This document shows positions 36,946 through 49,576 of a stretch of DNA of 64,000 bases, one piece after another (position 1 is the first letter of the stretch; every line of letters starts with the position of its first letter). The stretch is taken from assembly GCF_000315625.1 (NCBI RefSeq), contig NW_005434550.1, forward strand, positions 62,001 to 126,000, read 5' to 3'. A program made the position numbers and the translations under genes. Below the pieces are notes generated by a model. That model searched no databases, was not told the DNA's origin, and saw nothing but the letters and a program-made list of their open reading frames with translations. This DNA is from Guillardia theta CCMP2712. Its lineage: Eukaryota; Protista; Cryptophyta.

Positions 36946-39413
36946 TTAAAAGATTACAGGGAGGATCGACGTCGACCCATCAGTCCGCAGCCGCTGCCTC
37001 GCATTGCGCACGATGGAGCGGCAGAGGGGACACGTCCTCTCCCGTTGCAGCCATTGATGGACACACCTGCCATGCCATAAGGGGAGGAGGAGGAGAGGAG
37101 GTTGCAAGTACTCCTCGCAGAAGATGTGCCCGCATCGCACTCGGACGGGGGAGGAGAGCTGCAGGCCCGTCAGCGCCGCAGGAGGATGCGATCGGCTCTC
37201 ACCGGGTCGTGGCAGATGGTGCAGATGTCTTCCTGAGGGTCCCCCGTGAGCTCGTCAGCTCGCACGTAGCGACCGTAGGGCGTCTGGAGGAGGTCAGGGA
37301 GAGGTGAGGGAAGGAGGACAACCTGATGGAAGATGAAGGCCTGGATGGCGGATCGGAGACACTGAATCTTGTCGACGACAGCTGCGGGAGAGGCAGGAAG
37401 TGAGGAGCTCATTCGTGGGAAGAGAAGCATCACGAGCAGGAGGAGGGGGTTGTGGATCAGCAGAGGAGGAGGAGAGCAAGGGTGAGAGAGGAGGCGGTGG
37501 GTCCCTACAGGTTAGCTTGAGGGTGAGGTAGCAGCCCCTGCAGAGCCATGAGAAATGCTGGAGAAAGAGAGAAACTTCTCTACCGGACAACTCCTGGAAG
37601 GTAGAGACCCGTTGGCCAGTGGGTAAGGAACTGAAGCCTGGGAAGCAACGTGGTCAGAAGAGACATGGAAGGAATAGACGCGGGCAGGAAGATGGAGGAG
37701 GGGATGGGAGAGAAGATGAAGTAATGAGAGAGGGTGAACGAGATGAGGTAGCCGGTAAGGGAGGAGCCGATGAATCGACGATTCAAGGTCGCACACCAGA
37801 TGGGGATGGGGATGAGGTCGCGATAGAGCGAGACCAAACACTCTTCCACGTTCATGAGCTGATGCAAGGACCAGTCAACACCATCCTGACTGTCTCATTG
37901 ACAGACTGACCTGAGAAGTCCTCTGGTGTTGGACAGAGCCTCCCACCACCATCAGGGAGATGGCCTACACGCTTCTCACATGCTCCTCCTTGACAGCATC
38001 TTCTCTTCCTCCCCTCCATTCCTCTCCTTCCTCCCGCCCCCCCCTCCCTTCCCCTGTCGCCCTCACCTTGATCAGCATCCCCGCATGGCGAGCAAGAAGA
38101 TCATCGAGAGTGACGATCCACCTGCAGGCACAGCACGTGAGTAACTCCAAGGCAGCGCACGAGATACTCCTACAAGAGGTCGAAGAAGCCCAGAACCTCT
38201 TTCTGCAAAGCCGATCAGTCGCCGAGCCTTCAACATCCTACAGGATCAACCTGATCAAAACTGAAGGACAGGAACACAAAATTGCGCCATAGAGACTCGG
38301 TGCCGAAGAGGAAATAGACAGCATAGGCCTGCCAGCTGCTCACAAGGCAGGGACGTTCGTCTATGTGTACCTGCACGACGATGAACCAGACCAAGAAGCT
38401 CAGCACATGAAGGTTTCTGTTTTCCTTGAGCGATACCTGATACCATGTCAAACTATCATCACAGGTGCGCTACAAACAAAAAATCTCACTTGCTTCCTCA
38501 TGATCTCATTGGCCTGCGACAGGAAAATCGACAACCACAGGAAGACAAGAATTCCTGTTCGTGGATACGCAGAGAGCGAGAGAGGGAGGGAGGGAGGGAG
38601 GGAGGGAGGGAGAGACAGAGAGAGAGACAGAGAGAGAGAGAGAGAGGGGGGAGGCGGAAAAAGTAAGATCGCAGTCGAAGAGAGCCAGAGCAAGAATATA
38701 ATTATCACCTCTGCTGTGTTCGTAGATGAACACGCAGATCAACAGGAGAGTCTGTCGGCAAATCCCGTCACGCCATTCCTCTCGTTTCCTCCGGGTACTC
38801 ACGAAGGGAAATGCACTCTCCAACCAACGAGCAAACGAATGGATTGCTGTCAAATGAATGCCAAAGTCAGAAATTCACACGTCCAACATCATCAGCCATC
38901 CACTCCGCTTATCTTAAAAAAACATTCCTTGCACACCTTACCTGGATACATGTCCACTCGAGGAGAACCGTTGGAGGTCGACTCGTTTGCTGCACGAGGC
39001 AAACCGAAGTCATCGCTTCCTCGTTCCAGGTCAGCTTGTCGCGATTCTTGCAGGAGAGGAAGCTCCATGTTGGCATCTAGAACATTCGCTCATCCTTCCT
39101 CACAGCCTCGTGCTGTTCGCGCACAACCTGAGGGGCTTCCGTTCCCAGTGATTCTCACTTCCGTCATGATGAGATCCCTGCTCTTCTCTCAGCTTCTCCT
39201 CCTCCTTCTCCTTGCAACTACCCGGCTGAAGAAGTTTGCGATGCCATCGGCTGACTGCCTGAGCCTCCGTCGCCTGGGGAGCTTCGTGGCTGCAGTCGCT
39301 CGATCTCCCTGGACGGAGATGAGAGAGTGAGGGAGTCGAAGGGGAGGAGGGACCTCTGGGTATTCATGATCCAGTCCATCTGCTCCAAATGTCAACGGAT
39401 CGTCTCCCTCCAT
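36946..39413 (-). CDS. RNFT1: RING finger and transmembrane domain protein (RNFT1/RNFT2-like E3 ligase)
   Basis: C3HC4 RING [31 protein letters not shown], C-terminus DGSTSILPVIF, and upstream TM exons (LVSLYRDLIPIPIW, CYLTLKL). Start is uncertain. Confidence 0.8.
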
Positions 39414-40529
39414 GCTCACGAACACACCGGCACTAGCTCTGCCAAACGCTCTTGAAACCTGTCCCGCACGTTGTGATGAGCATGCGCCTCCATCCTGACG
39501 ACCATCATGTGAGTGCATGAGAGCATTGTCAGTGATGCAGGTACAACCTTGAAGAGCTGGTCTCATGAAGCCTCCCTGACTCCATAAGATCTGCGCCTGG
39601 GGAACACATGTTCAGAGTTTGTCTGCCCGACATGCTTTGAGCTGCACGAAGTTCTGGATGCCAATAATTTCCCTCTTACCTTGCTGAGCTGTTTGCAAAA
39701 CAGAATCAGTTACTCTAAGAGTGATGAATTATCAAGTCACCTGCAGATTCCGACTGTGCGCCGTAGATCCTTCGCAAGAGGTTCATCGAAGCTGAAAGCA
39801 ATCTTTTAGACATCTCTCAATCTAAGGAACATCTCGCTCCACAATCTAATGATGCTTCCCAAATACTCTGTCTTCTCTATACAAACCCTCTTAAAAGACC
39901 TCTTCTCTTTCCTCAACGTTCAATTCTCCTCGCATGTCACACATTTTCGAAACATATGCCACTCTGAATCTTTCAGACAACATGGTGTAGCATCCTCAGA
40001 ATACTATGGAAGAGCAAAGAAGCATAGTAAGAGAGAGAACCTGGTTGATGCTGGTGCTGGTGCTGTTGCTGGTGCTGTTGGTGCTGGTGCTGGTGCTGTT
40101 GTTGCCCCTGCGCTTGCCCCTGCCCCTGCATGCCGTCCAACCCATCTTCACCCATGGCCGACCACCCACCCAGCACTGCGCCAAGAATTAACCCTACCTC
40201 CCCTTGTGTCTATCAGATCACCCCACCCACCTCTCTAACAGACTCAAACACAGCTCTCCTTTTACCTCCCCTACCTGACAGAGGACTTCACACCCACCCC
40301 TTGAGTATCAGTTGCTCTAGTTAGCGGCCTCGAGATCAAATTTTGAGATGAAAGACCACCCACCTGGAAGTCCGATCTCACAACCACCTACCCCCGTATT
40401 CTACGCTCTTCTTGAGTACCCACCTGGGATGTTTACAATGTTGCCCTACCCCACCCCCAATAAGCCCTCCTCTACTTCGCTTTGTTTTTGGCTCAACATT
40501 TGATGAAGGGCATATGGGGGATGAGGGCT

Positions 40530-40810
40530 TTACTAGTTAGACTCGCCGGCCGCCGCGCGCCGGCGGCGCGGCGCTTGAAGTGCCGGCCGGGCCCGGCAGG
40601 CCCGGGGCCGGGCCCGTGCCAGGCTATCAGTGTGTGGCCCGCCGATGGGCCCCCGGGTCCGGTGGGCAACGGACGCCGGTGGGTAACTAGCGGGTGCCGG
40701 GGGGTAACTCGCGAGTTCAAGGCTAGCCGATCGGCCCGGCGGGGGCCGGGGGTACTAGTGCCTACTAGTACGGTAGTAGCCGCTGAGCGGCGTGGCTGAG
40801 TCCCAGTACA
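40530..40810. other. GC-rich GGCC/CCGG intergenic island D
   Basis: Very dense GGCC/CCGG sites plus repeated ACTAGT/CTAG and GGGTAACT. Confidence 0.6.
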
Positions 40811-40830
40811 CGGGACACCGTCGACTGAGT

Positions 40831-40870
40831 TATGTTCAACTTTGCGCTATGTTCAACTTTGCGCTATGTT
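40831..40870 (+). repeat. 17-bp tandem duplication TATGTTCAACTTTGCGC x2.3
   Basis: Read directly from the sequence. Confidence 0.9.
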
Positions 40871-40920
40871 ACATCAGAGTCACAAGAATAGTACAACATC
40901 AACTATCAGGTGAGAGCCTG

Positions 40921-43900
40921 TCAAGAGACGTCGGGGCAGTTGATGATGGCGTCCAGAATCCTCATTCCTCCCCTCCTCCTCCCGTCGTTGCTGGGTGGAG
41001 TCGCCAGGACACCTGCCAGGACCAGCCGCGTCAGCCGGGGCCGGGGCAACTTATTCACTGAGGGAACTCACCATTGCGCAGGTTGATGAGAGCGTCAGAG
41101 AAAGCGCGCTGGATGCGGTAGATGCGGAAGCAGTTGCGAGTGACGTTGCTCTGCGAGTCCAGCGGGTTTTCGATGTAGAGCGGGTCGAGATGGTACCGCC
41201 GCTCCTGCGCCGTCAGCGACTCCGACCGCTCGTTCGAGGGGGTGGAGTCCTCGATGCTCATCCTCCTGCCGTTGGAAGTCTTCACTACCCTCCCTCCTGT
41301 CGCCGGTCGCGATACTTCGCTCCGGAAGGGCTGGTCCCTTCGGAGGAATCGCCCGATGAGCTTGCGAGACCCGTGCAGGGCGAACTCGGCCTCCGAGCCG
41401 ATGGTGATGCCGGTTGACCGCGGGTCAAACCGGTTGCCGTAAAAGTCCAGGAAGCCGGAGAGCTCGGCTCCCAGGTTCGGCTCCATCCTGACGCCCTGCG
41501 CCTTCTTGCTCTGGTTGGAGTGCTGGAGGTAGCGGGTGACGAGGAGGACGAGGCCGAAGGAGGTCAGCCCTCCAGTGTAGGGGTTGTCAAGGCCCTTGTC
41601 AGAGAGGAGGGACTTGACGACGAAGAAGAGGTGCTTGAGGGCCGGGAAGTCTTGAACCAGCGACTGCACCAGCCTCACTGCTGGCAGCCCTCGATGATCA
41701 GGGCCCTCGAACGTCACGTCGAGCCTGATTACACTGATCTTCTCCTCCTCCTCGCTGGCCTTGTGTTGGGAGGGATCGAGGAAGAGGCTCATCGGCTTCG
41801 TGCTGAAGGTGATGACGGGGACGACGGCGTTCTCGATCGTCTTGAGGGTTTCGCTCTGAATCCAGTCGGCGTTGGCGAGCACCTGCGCCAGGTTTGCCTG
41901 CAGGGTCCCCTTGATCACCCGCCTGCCCTCCATGACTCCGGCGCGAGCGAGCGAGGGCTCCGACTCCCTCGACATCACCTTGGGCAAGCACACGATGATG
42001 TCCACGTCACTCGTCGGGACCGACAGGCTCGTCGCCACAGACCCGAAGATTTTGCACTGAGCGCGAGGCCAGAGGGAGGAGGCGGCCGACTGGATCTTAG
42101 CAATGGCGCACAGCCGGTAGTGAGAGCGTCTGTCCAGCTCCGACTGGATCCGGCGGGAGAAGAGCAGCATGTCTGAGTCCAGCATGGCGTGCATCAGCTC
42201 CCGCCCCAGCGTCTGCAGCGTCTTAGCGATGGTCTGCTGGCTAGAGGAAACCGCCTCCTCCCCCTGCTCCGTCTCTTTCGCTTGGGTCTTCGCCGCCTCT
42301 TGCGCTTCGCCTGTCTCCTGCTCACTGGGCTTCTTGGCGGCTGGGCTGAGCACGGCCGACAGCTCCTTGACGACGTTGGTGGAGGCGCAGAGCTCCGTGG
42401 TTAGTCGCTGGACGGACTTCCTGAGGGACTCGTTCTCGTCCTGCAGCCGCTGGATCAGATGGCCCGGGAGGATGTCGCCCACGTTGAGGGGCAAGCGACC
42501 CTTGACGTCCCTCTGCCGCGGCTCCGACGCCATGCCGCGCAGGTGGGCGGCTGAGGAGCGAACGCTGACGGGATGAGCTCCTGGCTGTATGAAGCCCCTC
42601 CTGTTTTGCCGGCGACCGTCGGGCAGGATGGGGATGCCTGCAGGCATCGTCTGCTCCATCGGCAGGCTCAAGTGGGAGACTCCCTGCTTGGGAGGAGCAT
42701 GAAAGTCCATGGGGCTCGCGAGGGGGATGGAGAGTGGAGACGACGGTTGTGACCGAGCACGAGCAAGAGCTCGCATCCTCCCGTCCATGTTGCCCGACGA
42801 CAGCAGCGTCCTCTCGCTCATGCTCCGCCGGAGGCCCACCTCATCCCCCAGCTGTTGCGTCAGGTCCATGTCCTTCCACGCCCCCATCAGGCGTCGCGCC
42901 GCGTCCTGCATGTTGAAAGCGCTGGGGAGGTCGAGCAGGGGATGCTGCCATGCCATCGGCCGGTGAGAGGTCGGAGGGAAGTCGAGGAGAGGATGCCGGA
43001 GGTACGTCGCGTATGTCGAACTTCTTCCTCGCTCCATGTACAGCCCCCGCCCGCCGTTGCGAGAGAGCGAGCGAGATCGCGTCCGGTGCGTCCTGTTGAC
43101 CGAGCAGCTCCTCCCCTCCTCCTCGCTGCCTCGGAAGGTGAACACTTCCATCGGGCTCGAGCCGTCTCCCGCACTTCGCTGGCGCCCCTCAGCTCGAGGA
43201 GTAGCCGGGGAGTCTGTCCCCTGCGCGTGCTCTGCCTTCCTCCCCTTCCCCGCAAGTTTCGCCTCTGCCTCCGCCCCGTACACCTCGCCCTCGGGGACAG
43301 TTTCTTCCTGCAGAGACCCTACCATCCCCACGCCGCTCGCTACCTGCCTGGTCGAGAACCGGCTGACCAATCTGGTCCTCCTAGGGTGAGCCTCCTCCTT
43401 GAGGACCAGGTTGCTGTCCGCCCTCTGCCGCTTTCTCCTCCTTCCCGCGACCTCGTTGAAGTGCGGGAAGCTCTGGCTCTCAGCCTCCGAGTCTGACACG
43501 GTCCCGGCGTCCATGCCCTCCTCGTCGATGGAGAAGACTCCCTCCCCCTTGACCCACCAGTCCCCGGGCTCCGACCGCGTCTCGTCCACGTGCTCGAAGT
43601 TCGAGTACCCGCCCATCACAAACTTGCCGAGCATGCGGCAGCTGGGCTCTATGAGATTGAACTTTGAGTAGGAGGGGATAGCTTGGTTGGGATAGAAGCA
43701 GCGGAGGGGAGAGGAGGAGGGAGGAGGAGAGGAGGAGCAGGCTTTCATGCCGTCCGTCCTCACCTTGGGGTTCTCGCAGTTCAGCCCACCATGGTTTGGG
43801 TTCCCCTCCTCTTGGAGCTTCGCGCCCTCCGGGGGTTCTCCTGGACTCCCTCCTGGCAAGTTCACCTCCTGCTGGGTGAATGGAGAGCATGACGTCTCCT

Positions 43901-46900
43901 TCCACTCCTGCCGCGATCCCTCCATCCTCAGCATGCTGTCGGGGGTGACGCTGGTGCGGATCGACGAGTCCGAGGAGGCGCACAGTTGCTCGACGTTGTG
44001 CGAGTCGAAGAAGAAGCTCAGCTCCTGCTGACCCTCCCCGAACGGTTCCGAGGACGAGAGGCTCGGAGTTTGCGGGCAGTGCGGAACCATTCCTGCGCGG
44101 CCGAAGGATGTGAGGGAGGGAGAGTTCCAGGAGAAGTTGGCGTTCCGAAGGGAAGGAGACTGATCTGGAGTCGAGAGCATCGAGCTGCCGGCGGAGAGGT
44201 CGAGGGGAGGGAAAGTGCTTTCAACCATCTCCTCCTCTGAATACATCCTACAAAATGTGTCATCCTCCCCATCATCCTCCTTGTCCTTGTCCTTGTCCTC
44301 CTTTCCTCGTCCTCGCGCTCCTCTCGCAACATTGTCCTCGCTATTTTCTCCTACTCCCTGCCCCCTCCCGTCCCCTCTCCTTCTGCCCCTCCCCCTACTT
44401 CCTTCCTGTCCTCCTCTCTCCTTGCTCACTTCCATGGCATCTCTCACCTCGGCGGCAGATAGTCAAACATCTGCGAGTCGGCAAACTTGCTGCTGGGGAA
44501 CTGCTGGTTCGGATGTTTCGCCTCCCGTCGAGACCCGTCGCTGCCAGGAGGAGAGACCTTCTCTGCCTCTGCTGCCATAGTGAGAGGAGGAGGAGGACAT
44601 GGAAGACTTACCGTCATACGGCCTGCTGGAGGGAATGAAGAAATTATTCAGCTGTCCCTTTAGGCAATATTAGAGCAGGACGGCAAGAGGACAGGGAAGT
44701 TAGGAAGGAGGAAGTGAAGATGAGGAAGTGAGGAGGAGGAGGAGGAGGTGGTGGTGGTGGTGGTGGGGAGGTGAGGTGGTGAGGTGGTGAGGTGGTGGTG
44801 GTGGTGGTGGAGGAGGAGGAAAAAGAGGAGGAGGAGGAGGCAGATGAGAATCAGGGGATAGAGGCAGGAACAAAAGAATGAGGAGTTGAGTCGAAGCGCA
44901 CCAGGTCGGATCGACCCCCAAAGAAGGCTTGAGAGTTGGGATTGAACTGCATCTTCCATCCCACCTTGCCGTCTGATCGCCGAGTCAGAGCCAGACCAAC
45001 ATGGTCGGGACACAAGGGAATAGGGACGAGGAGGTTGCAGAGAAGAGGGAGGGGCAAGGGGAGCTAGAGGAGGAGGACTGGAGAGGTAGGAGGGAGGGGC
45101 CATGGGAGCTAGAGGAGGAGGACTGGAGAGGTAGGAGGGAGGGGTAAGCAGAGTTGTCTACCAGCATTCATGTGGTGCATCTGATTTCTCTTGGTGGGGG
45201 TGGGGTGGGGCGGCATCTCTATCTGAGCTTCCCTGCTGGCTCCTTCCGGGGGGCAGCGACCGGGCGCCGCGTGCTGGCGCTCGTCGAGGAAGAGAGGAAA
45301 GTCGCTGAACATGCTGCTCCCGTGACTGCTGGGGAACATGCCGGCATGCATGCTGCAGCACTGACAACTCAAAGTCAGTCTCAGTTTCTTCCTCTCCCCC
45401 TCGTGCCCCATCCCTCCTCTCCTCCGCACCCCCTTGCCCCTCCTAGCTTCCTCCTCCCCTCTCTCCATGTTCCCTTCCCCTTCCCCCTCTCCTCCCTCCC
45501 TCAGCTCACATGCAGCGGGTGCCCACAAGTCTGCTGCAAGAACGGGTCGCTGAAGTTTGTCTTTCCTGCCATGAAGCCGCTGCGGCTGTAGCGCGAGGAG
45601 GGAGGAAACTTGAGCTGTGCGTCCTGCTCCATCACGTCGGCCTGCAGCAGGAACGCGTTGCCCCACTGGCTTCGTAGGTAGCCCTCAGGTTCCGAGGAGA
45701 AGGAGAAGGGGAGGAAGAAGTTGCTGGCCCCTGCAGGAGGGTAATCGGGAACAGAAGGAGCAGGAGGGGTCAAGAAAGGCGGGAGAAGCAGGAGGGGTCA
45801 AGAAAGGCGGGAGAACCAGGAGGGGTCAAGGAGGGCAGGAGGAGCAGGAGGGGGTCACCTGGAGAGCTGCTGCTGCTGCTTGAGCGGCTGAAGGCGCCAG
45901 GGGTGGAGGAGAATCGTCCGTTGAGGAAAGGGCTGTCGGGGAAGGACCAGTCCGAAGGTTTTTTCCTCCTCCTCGACTCCTGAATGAGCAAAAGGAGGGG
46001 AGAGGGGAGAGGGGAGCAATAATAAGTCAGAAGCGATACGGGAAAGAGGAGGGACAGGGGGAGGAGAAGAATCGTGAAGACGAAGAGAGAGAGACAGATG
46101 TGGCGAAGGGGAGAGGAGAAGGGATACCTTCTCTCTATGAGACTTCCTGCTGGTAGCTATGCTGACAGATTTCCTAACGAGCTAGAGGCAAATGAACGAG
46201 GCAAACGACTGAAGGAGCTTCTACCTCTTGTACGATGTTGGAAACGCACCGACGCATCTGATCCGGAATCATTGGAACAGGCGAAATAGCAAAAGCAAGG
46301 ACGAAGATCAGGAGGAGAAGGAGAAAGAGGAGGAGGAGGAGGAGGAGGAGGAGGAGGAGGAGGAGGAGGAGGAGGAGGAGGAGGAGGAGGAGGAGGAGGA
46401 GGAGGAGGAGGAGGAGGAGTCGACGGAGGAGCAGGAGCGTCAAAGTTCACCTCCATCTCATCGTCGATCGTCTTTTGGATGATGAGCGAAGTAAGCATTC
46501 GCCATTTCGCTCTCCTCTTGTCGCTCTTGCGCGCTTTCTGAGGCAGCATGAAGTCAATTTCATGCATCAAATTGGAGGACGAGGGGAAGGGGAGAGGGAG
46601 AGGGAGAGGGAGAGGGAGAGGGAGAGGGAGAGGGAGAGGGAGAGGGAGAGGGAGAGGGAGAGGGAGAGGGAGAGGGAGGCAGAAGTTGGCAGAGGAGAGA
46701 AGGCTTCTTGTCCGTGGCTGACCTCTCGTTCCATCATCATCTCTTGCTCCCGCGCCTGTCAAACTTCAAGTCACGAAATGCAAACAAAGATGGTTGAGAG
46801 GTTTCCAGCGCAGCTTCCTCCTCCTTAGCTGCTTCAGCTCGCCTGAGAAATTGTTGAGCTCTTGCAGGAATTTTCAAAAGATCGAGCTCTCAACCTCCTG

Positions 46901-49179
46901 GCCTTCCTCTCCTTCTCCTTCTCCTTCTTCTTCCTGTTCGCCTCCTTCTTGCGCATCTTGCTGCTCTCTTCCTCCTCCTGCTCTCGCTGCTCACGTGTCA
47001 GCTCCTCTCAGCATGTCAGTTCCAGCATCACATGCTGTATCTCCGTGATCAGCTTCTCGTTGTGCCGGGCAAAACTCTCCTTCAACTGCGCTCTAGCTGA
47101 GAAATCTCCAACCAACTGGGAGTTTTCATACCTCATGAAGGATCCAGTGCATCATCCTGCGGTAAGGGGGCGGCGGCGGAGCGAGGAGAGGAGAAGAGGA
47201 GGAGAAGAGACAGGCTGAGTCATGACACAAGTCGACGCGAGTGCTCGCGTCTGGACAAAACCCTCGGAAAGATGAAAACCAACAAGCATCGTCTGTTGCG
47301 TCTGCAGCAAAAGCACAAAGTGAGCAATAATTTGCCAATGTTGCAAATGAGGGGGAAAATGGGGAGTATGCTGAGGACAACGGAGAAGGTCGATAGTGAT
47401 GTTGATGGAGGAGATGATGGTGATAAAGAACAGGAGGAGAGAATCAGAGAAGGAATGAGAAGTGGGGGGTTGGCAAAGATCAAGTACCAAAATCAGCCTG
47501 TAGTTGACATCTCAAGGGAGAATTTCTCCGTTGGGATTTGTCGAAGTGAGAGGCAAAACTGATGGCGCAGTTAGTCCTTCAATCTCTCCTCATACATACA
47601 AGACATACTGGCAAATTTGCCGTAGCGTTATCAGCGCATTCAAGTCCTCGGGAAAGCCACCAGGGGCCTGTTTCTGAACAGAAGGAGTCAAGATCATCAC
47701 GTTGCATCCTTCTCTCACGTTGGAACTAGTCTGTTGAAGCTCATCGCTCGCTCGCACGAGTGACTTGACCAGATGAAACATCTTCAGCTGCCGAGGAATC
47801 TGGTGCCACCACCGATGGATCGGAGACGACTGGGCCAAGTCACATGACACACAATCGACCCGATCCCAATCACATGATCATCTCTCGCTCCATTGCCTCT
47901 CCCTGCAAACATTTCAGACGAGCTGTCTTCACGAATTCTCTCTTCTCACCCTCTGCCTCTGCCGCCCTCATCCTCCCTTCGAAAGTCGAGCACACAAGCT
48001 CAGCACTGCTCGGAGATCAGAGTCGTTCACAGTGTCGAGCACAACGATACCAGGTGAAGGAGCACAACTTCAGACATTCACTCGGACAACACGTCGAGAT
48101 CTCCTTCCCAGACTGGCACAGCCATTCGGCTTCCTTCCAAACCTCTGCTTTGACAAGTGTGATTGCACTGGGGGGGGGGGGGGGGTAGGGAAACCTGTGC
48201 TGCTGTCCGAAGCTCTCACGTCAGCATCCTGCAGCCTGCTGAGGAACCCTCCATTCGTGATTACTCGCGTCATCTCCCAGAACGTGTTGAGGTCCTGCAC
48301 CAGCTCCTGGTCGGGCTTGAGGGAAGTAGGTTTGCCGTCTTCGTGCACAACATGCAGGTGAGAGAGGAGGAGACTGTGAGTACTCAACGTGAGCGTCTGG
48401 CAACCAACGCCACAGCAAGTCTCACCTTGACAGAGACATCTTCCTATCAAGATGGTCGGACAGCACAACATGCGCTCTCGTTCTTCCTTCCCGCTCCTCA
48501 GGGTCTGTGCGGACCGTGACGAACTGACGGACGTCTGCTTTCTTGCAGGGATCTTCGTTTTGATCTGGCGGTTCGCCATCGCGGATGCTCTTCTTGCCTG
48601 CAATCTTCTTCAAGAGCTTGTCTACTGCTTCAGAGCTTCCTCCCGCTCTCAGCAACTCTTCTCTCAACATGTCCATGGTCTTGTCGTCTGGTCTCGACGG
48701 GTTTGCTTTCCTTCCGCGAGGGTGATCGTTAACAGCATCAGTGACGTCATCGTCAGTGAAGGCAAAGCGACAGCACTTGAGCGATCTGAACTCAGGTAAG
48801 CATATCATAACACCCCACACTAGCCTTACTGTGCCGCAGCTCTCGATCTCGATAGGCGAAAGTTCACCTCCTCGCTCGCCATGGCCATCACAGTTGAGAT
48901 CCATCGTTCGTTCCTGATAGTAAGCACTTCTACTCGCTCCGAGATAGATAATCTTGAAAACCAGGACCTCCACTTCCTGCCATCGCCTGCCCGTCTGACC
49001 ATTGCGCCTTTGCCGGCGTTACTCGTTCCGATTTCTTTCTGCTGCTGCTCCTTGTCCTTGTCCTTGTCCTCCTCCTTCTCCACCTCCTCCTCCTCGTCAG
49101 TATCGTTATGTCTCAGCATATCTGTCTCACCTGGGTCCTCGCCTTCGCCCTCGACTCGCCTCCTCCTCGAGCTTCGCAT
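40921..49179 (-). CDS. Large TRF4/PAPD5-type non-canonical poly(A) polymerase/nucleotidyltransferase with MEE44-like N-terminal region
   Basis: Pol-beta motif [19 protein letters not shown]; [12 protein letters not shown]; [13 protein letters not shown]; PAP-associated [27 protein letters not shown]; last exon RILDAII. N-terminal exons [24 protein letters not shown] and WKEAEWL. Confidence 0.8.
45059..45144 (+). repeat. 45-bp purine-rich intronic tandem duplication
   Basis: GGGAGCTAGAGGAGGAGGACTGGAGAGGTAGGAGGGAGGGG occurs twice. Confidence 0.85.
46327..46418 (+). repeat. (GAG)n microsatellite, about 30 units
   Basis: Read directly from the sequence; intronic. Confidence 0.95.
46589..46678 (+). 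repeat. (GGGAGA)n microsatellite
   Basis: About 15 units; intronic. Confidence 0.95.
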
Positions 49180-49576
49180 TTCTCAGGCCCCTTCTCTCAT
49201 TCTCAGAGCTTTACCAGGACCGTTACAGAGCGGTTAAACGAAACTTCTGTTTTGTACCTGATCGTTATAGTATCCGTTATATTCGTGCATCATTCTGGTC
49301 AGGTTACCAGTGGTAATTTAGGTGACAGGTGAAGCACCGTCGTTGCGGCAATGCAGGGGGCATGGTGCAGGAGGGAGGGAGGGAGTATGGAGAGCATGCG
49401 ATGAAACGGGGAAGAAAAGCAGGTGAAGGTGAGGACTAGCTTGATCTTGCTCGATACTTACCCGTACTTGATCTGAAGCTGCCGTCTGAATGCTTGTCCA
49501 ACGGTTTGCTCGTTGTTTATGAAACGACCTCTTTCCGTCCAATTGCGCACGAATCGCTCTTTTCACTCATTTGGAG

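Noticed and set aside
38365-39330. 321-aa + strand ORF
   Set aside because: It is antisense to the RNFT1-like gene, reads through a GA microsatellite and has no domain signal.
40482-40799. Short G/P/R/A-rich ORFs over the GC islands (also 7820-8026, 20768-21045, 29819-30250)
   Set aside because: Stop-poor GC-rich DNA gives spurious ORFs; no splice structure or recognisable motifs.
46157-46828. Poly-P, poly-L, poly-E and (RE)n ORFs
   Set aside because: These are translations of intronic microsatellites inside the nucleotidyltransferase gene.
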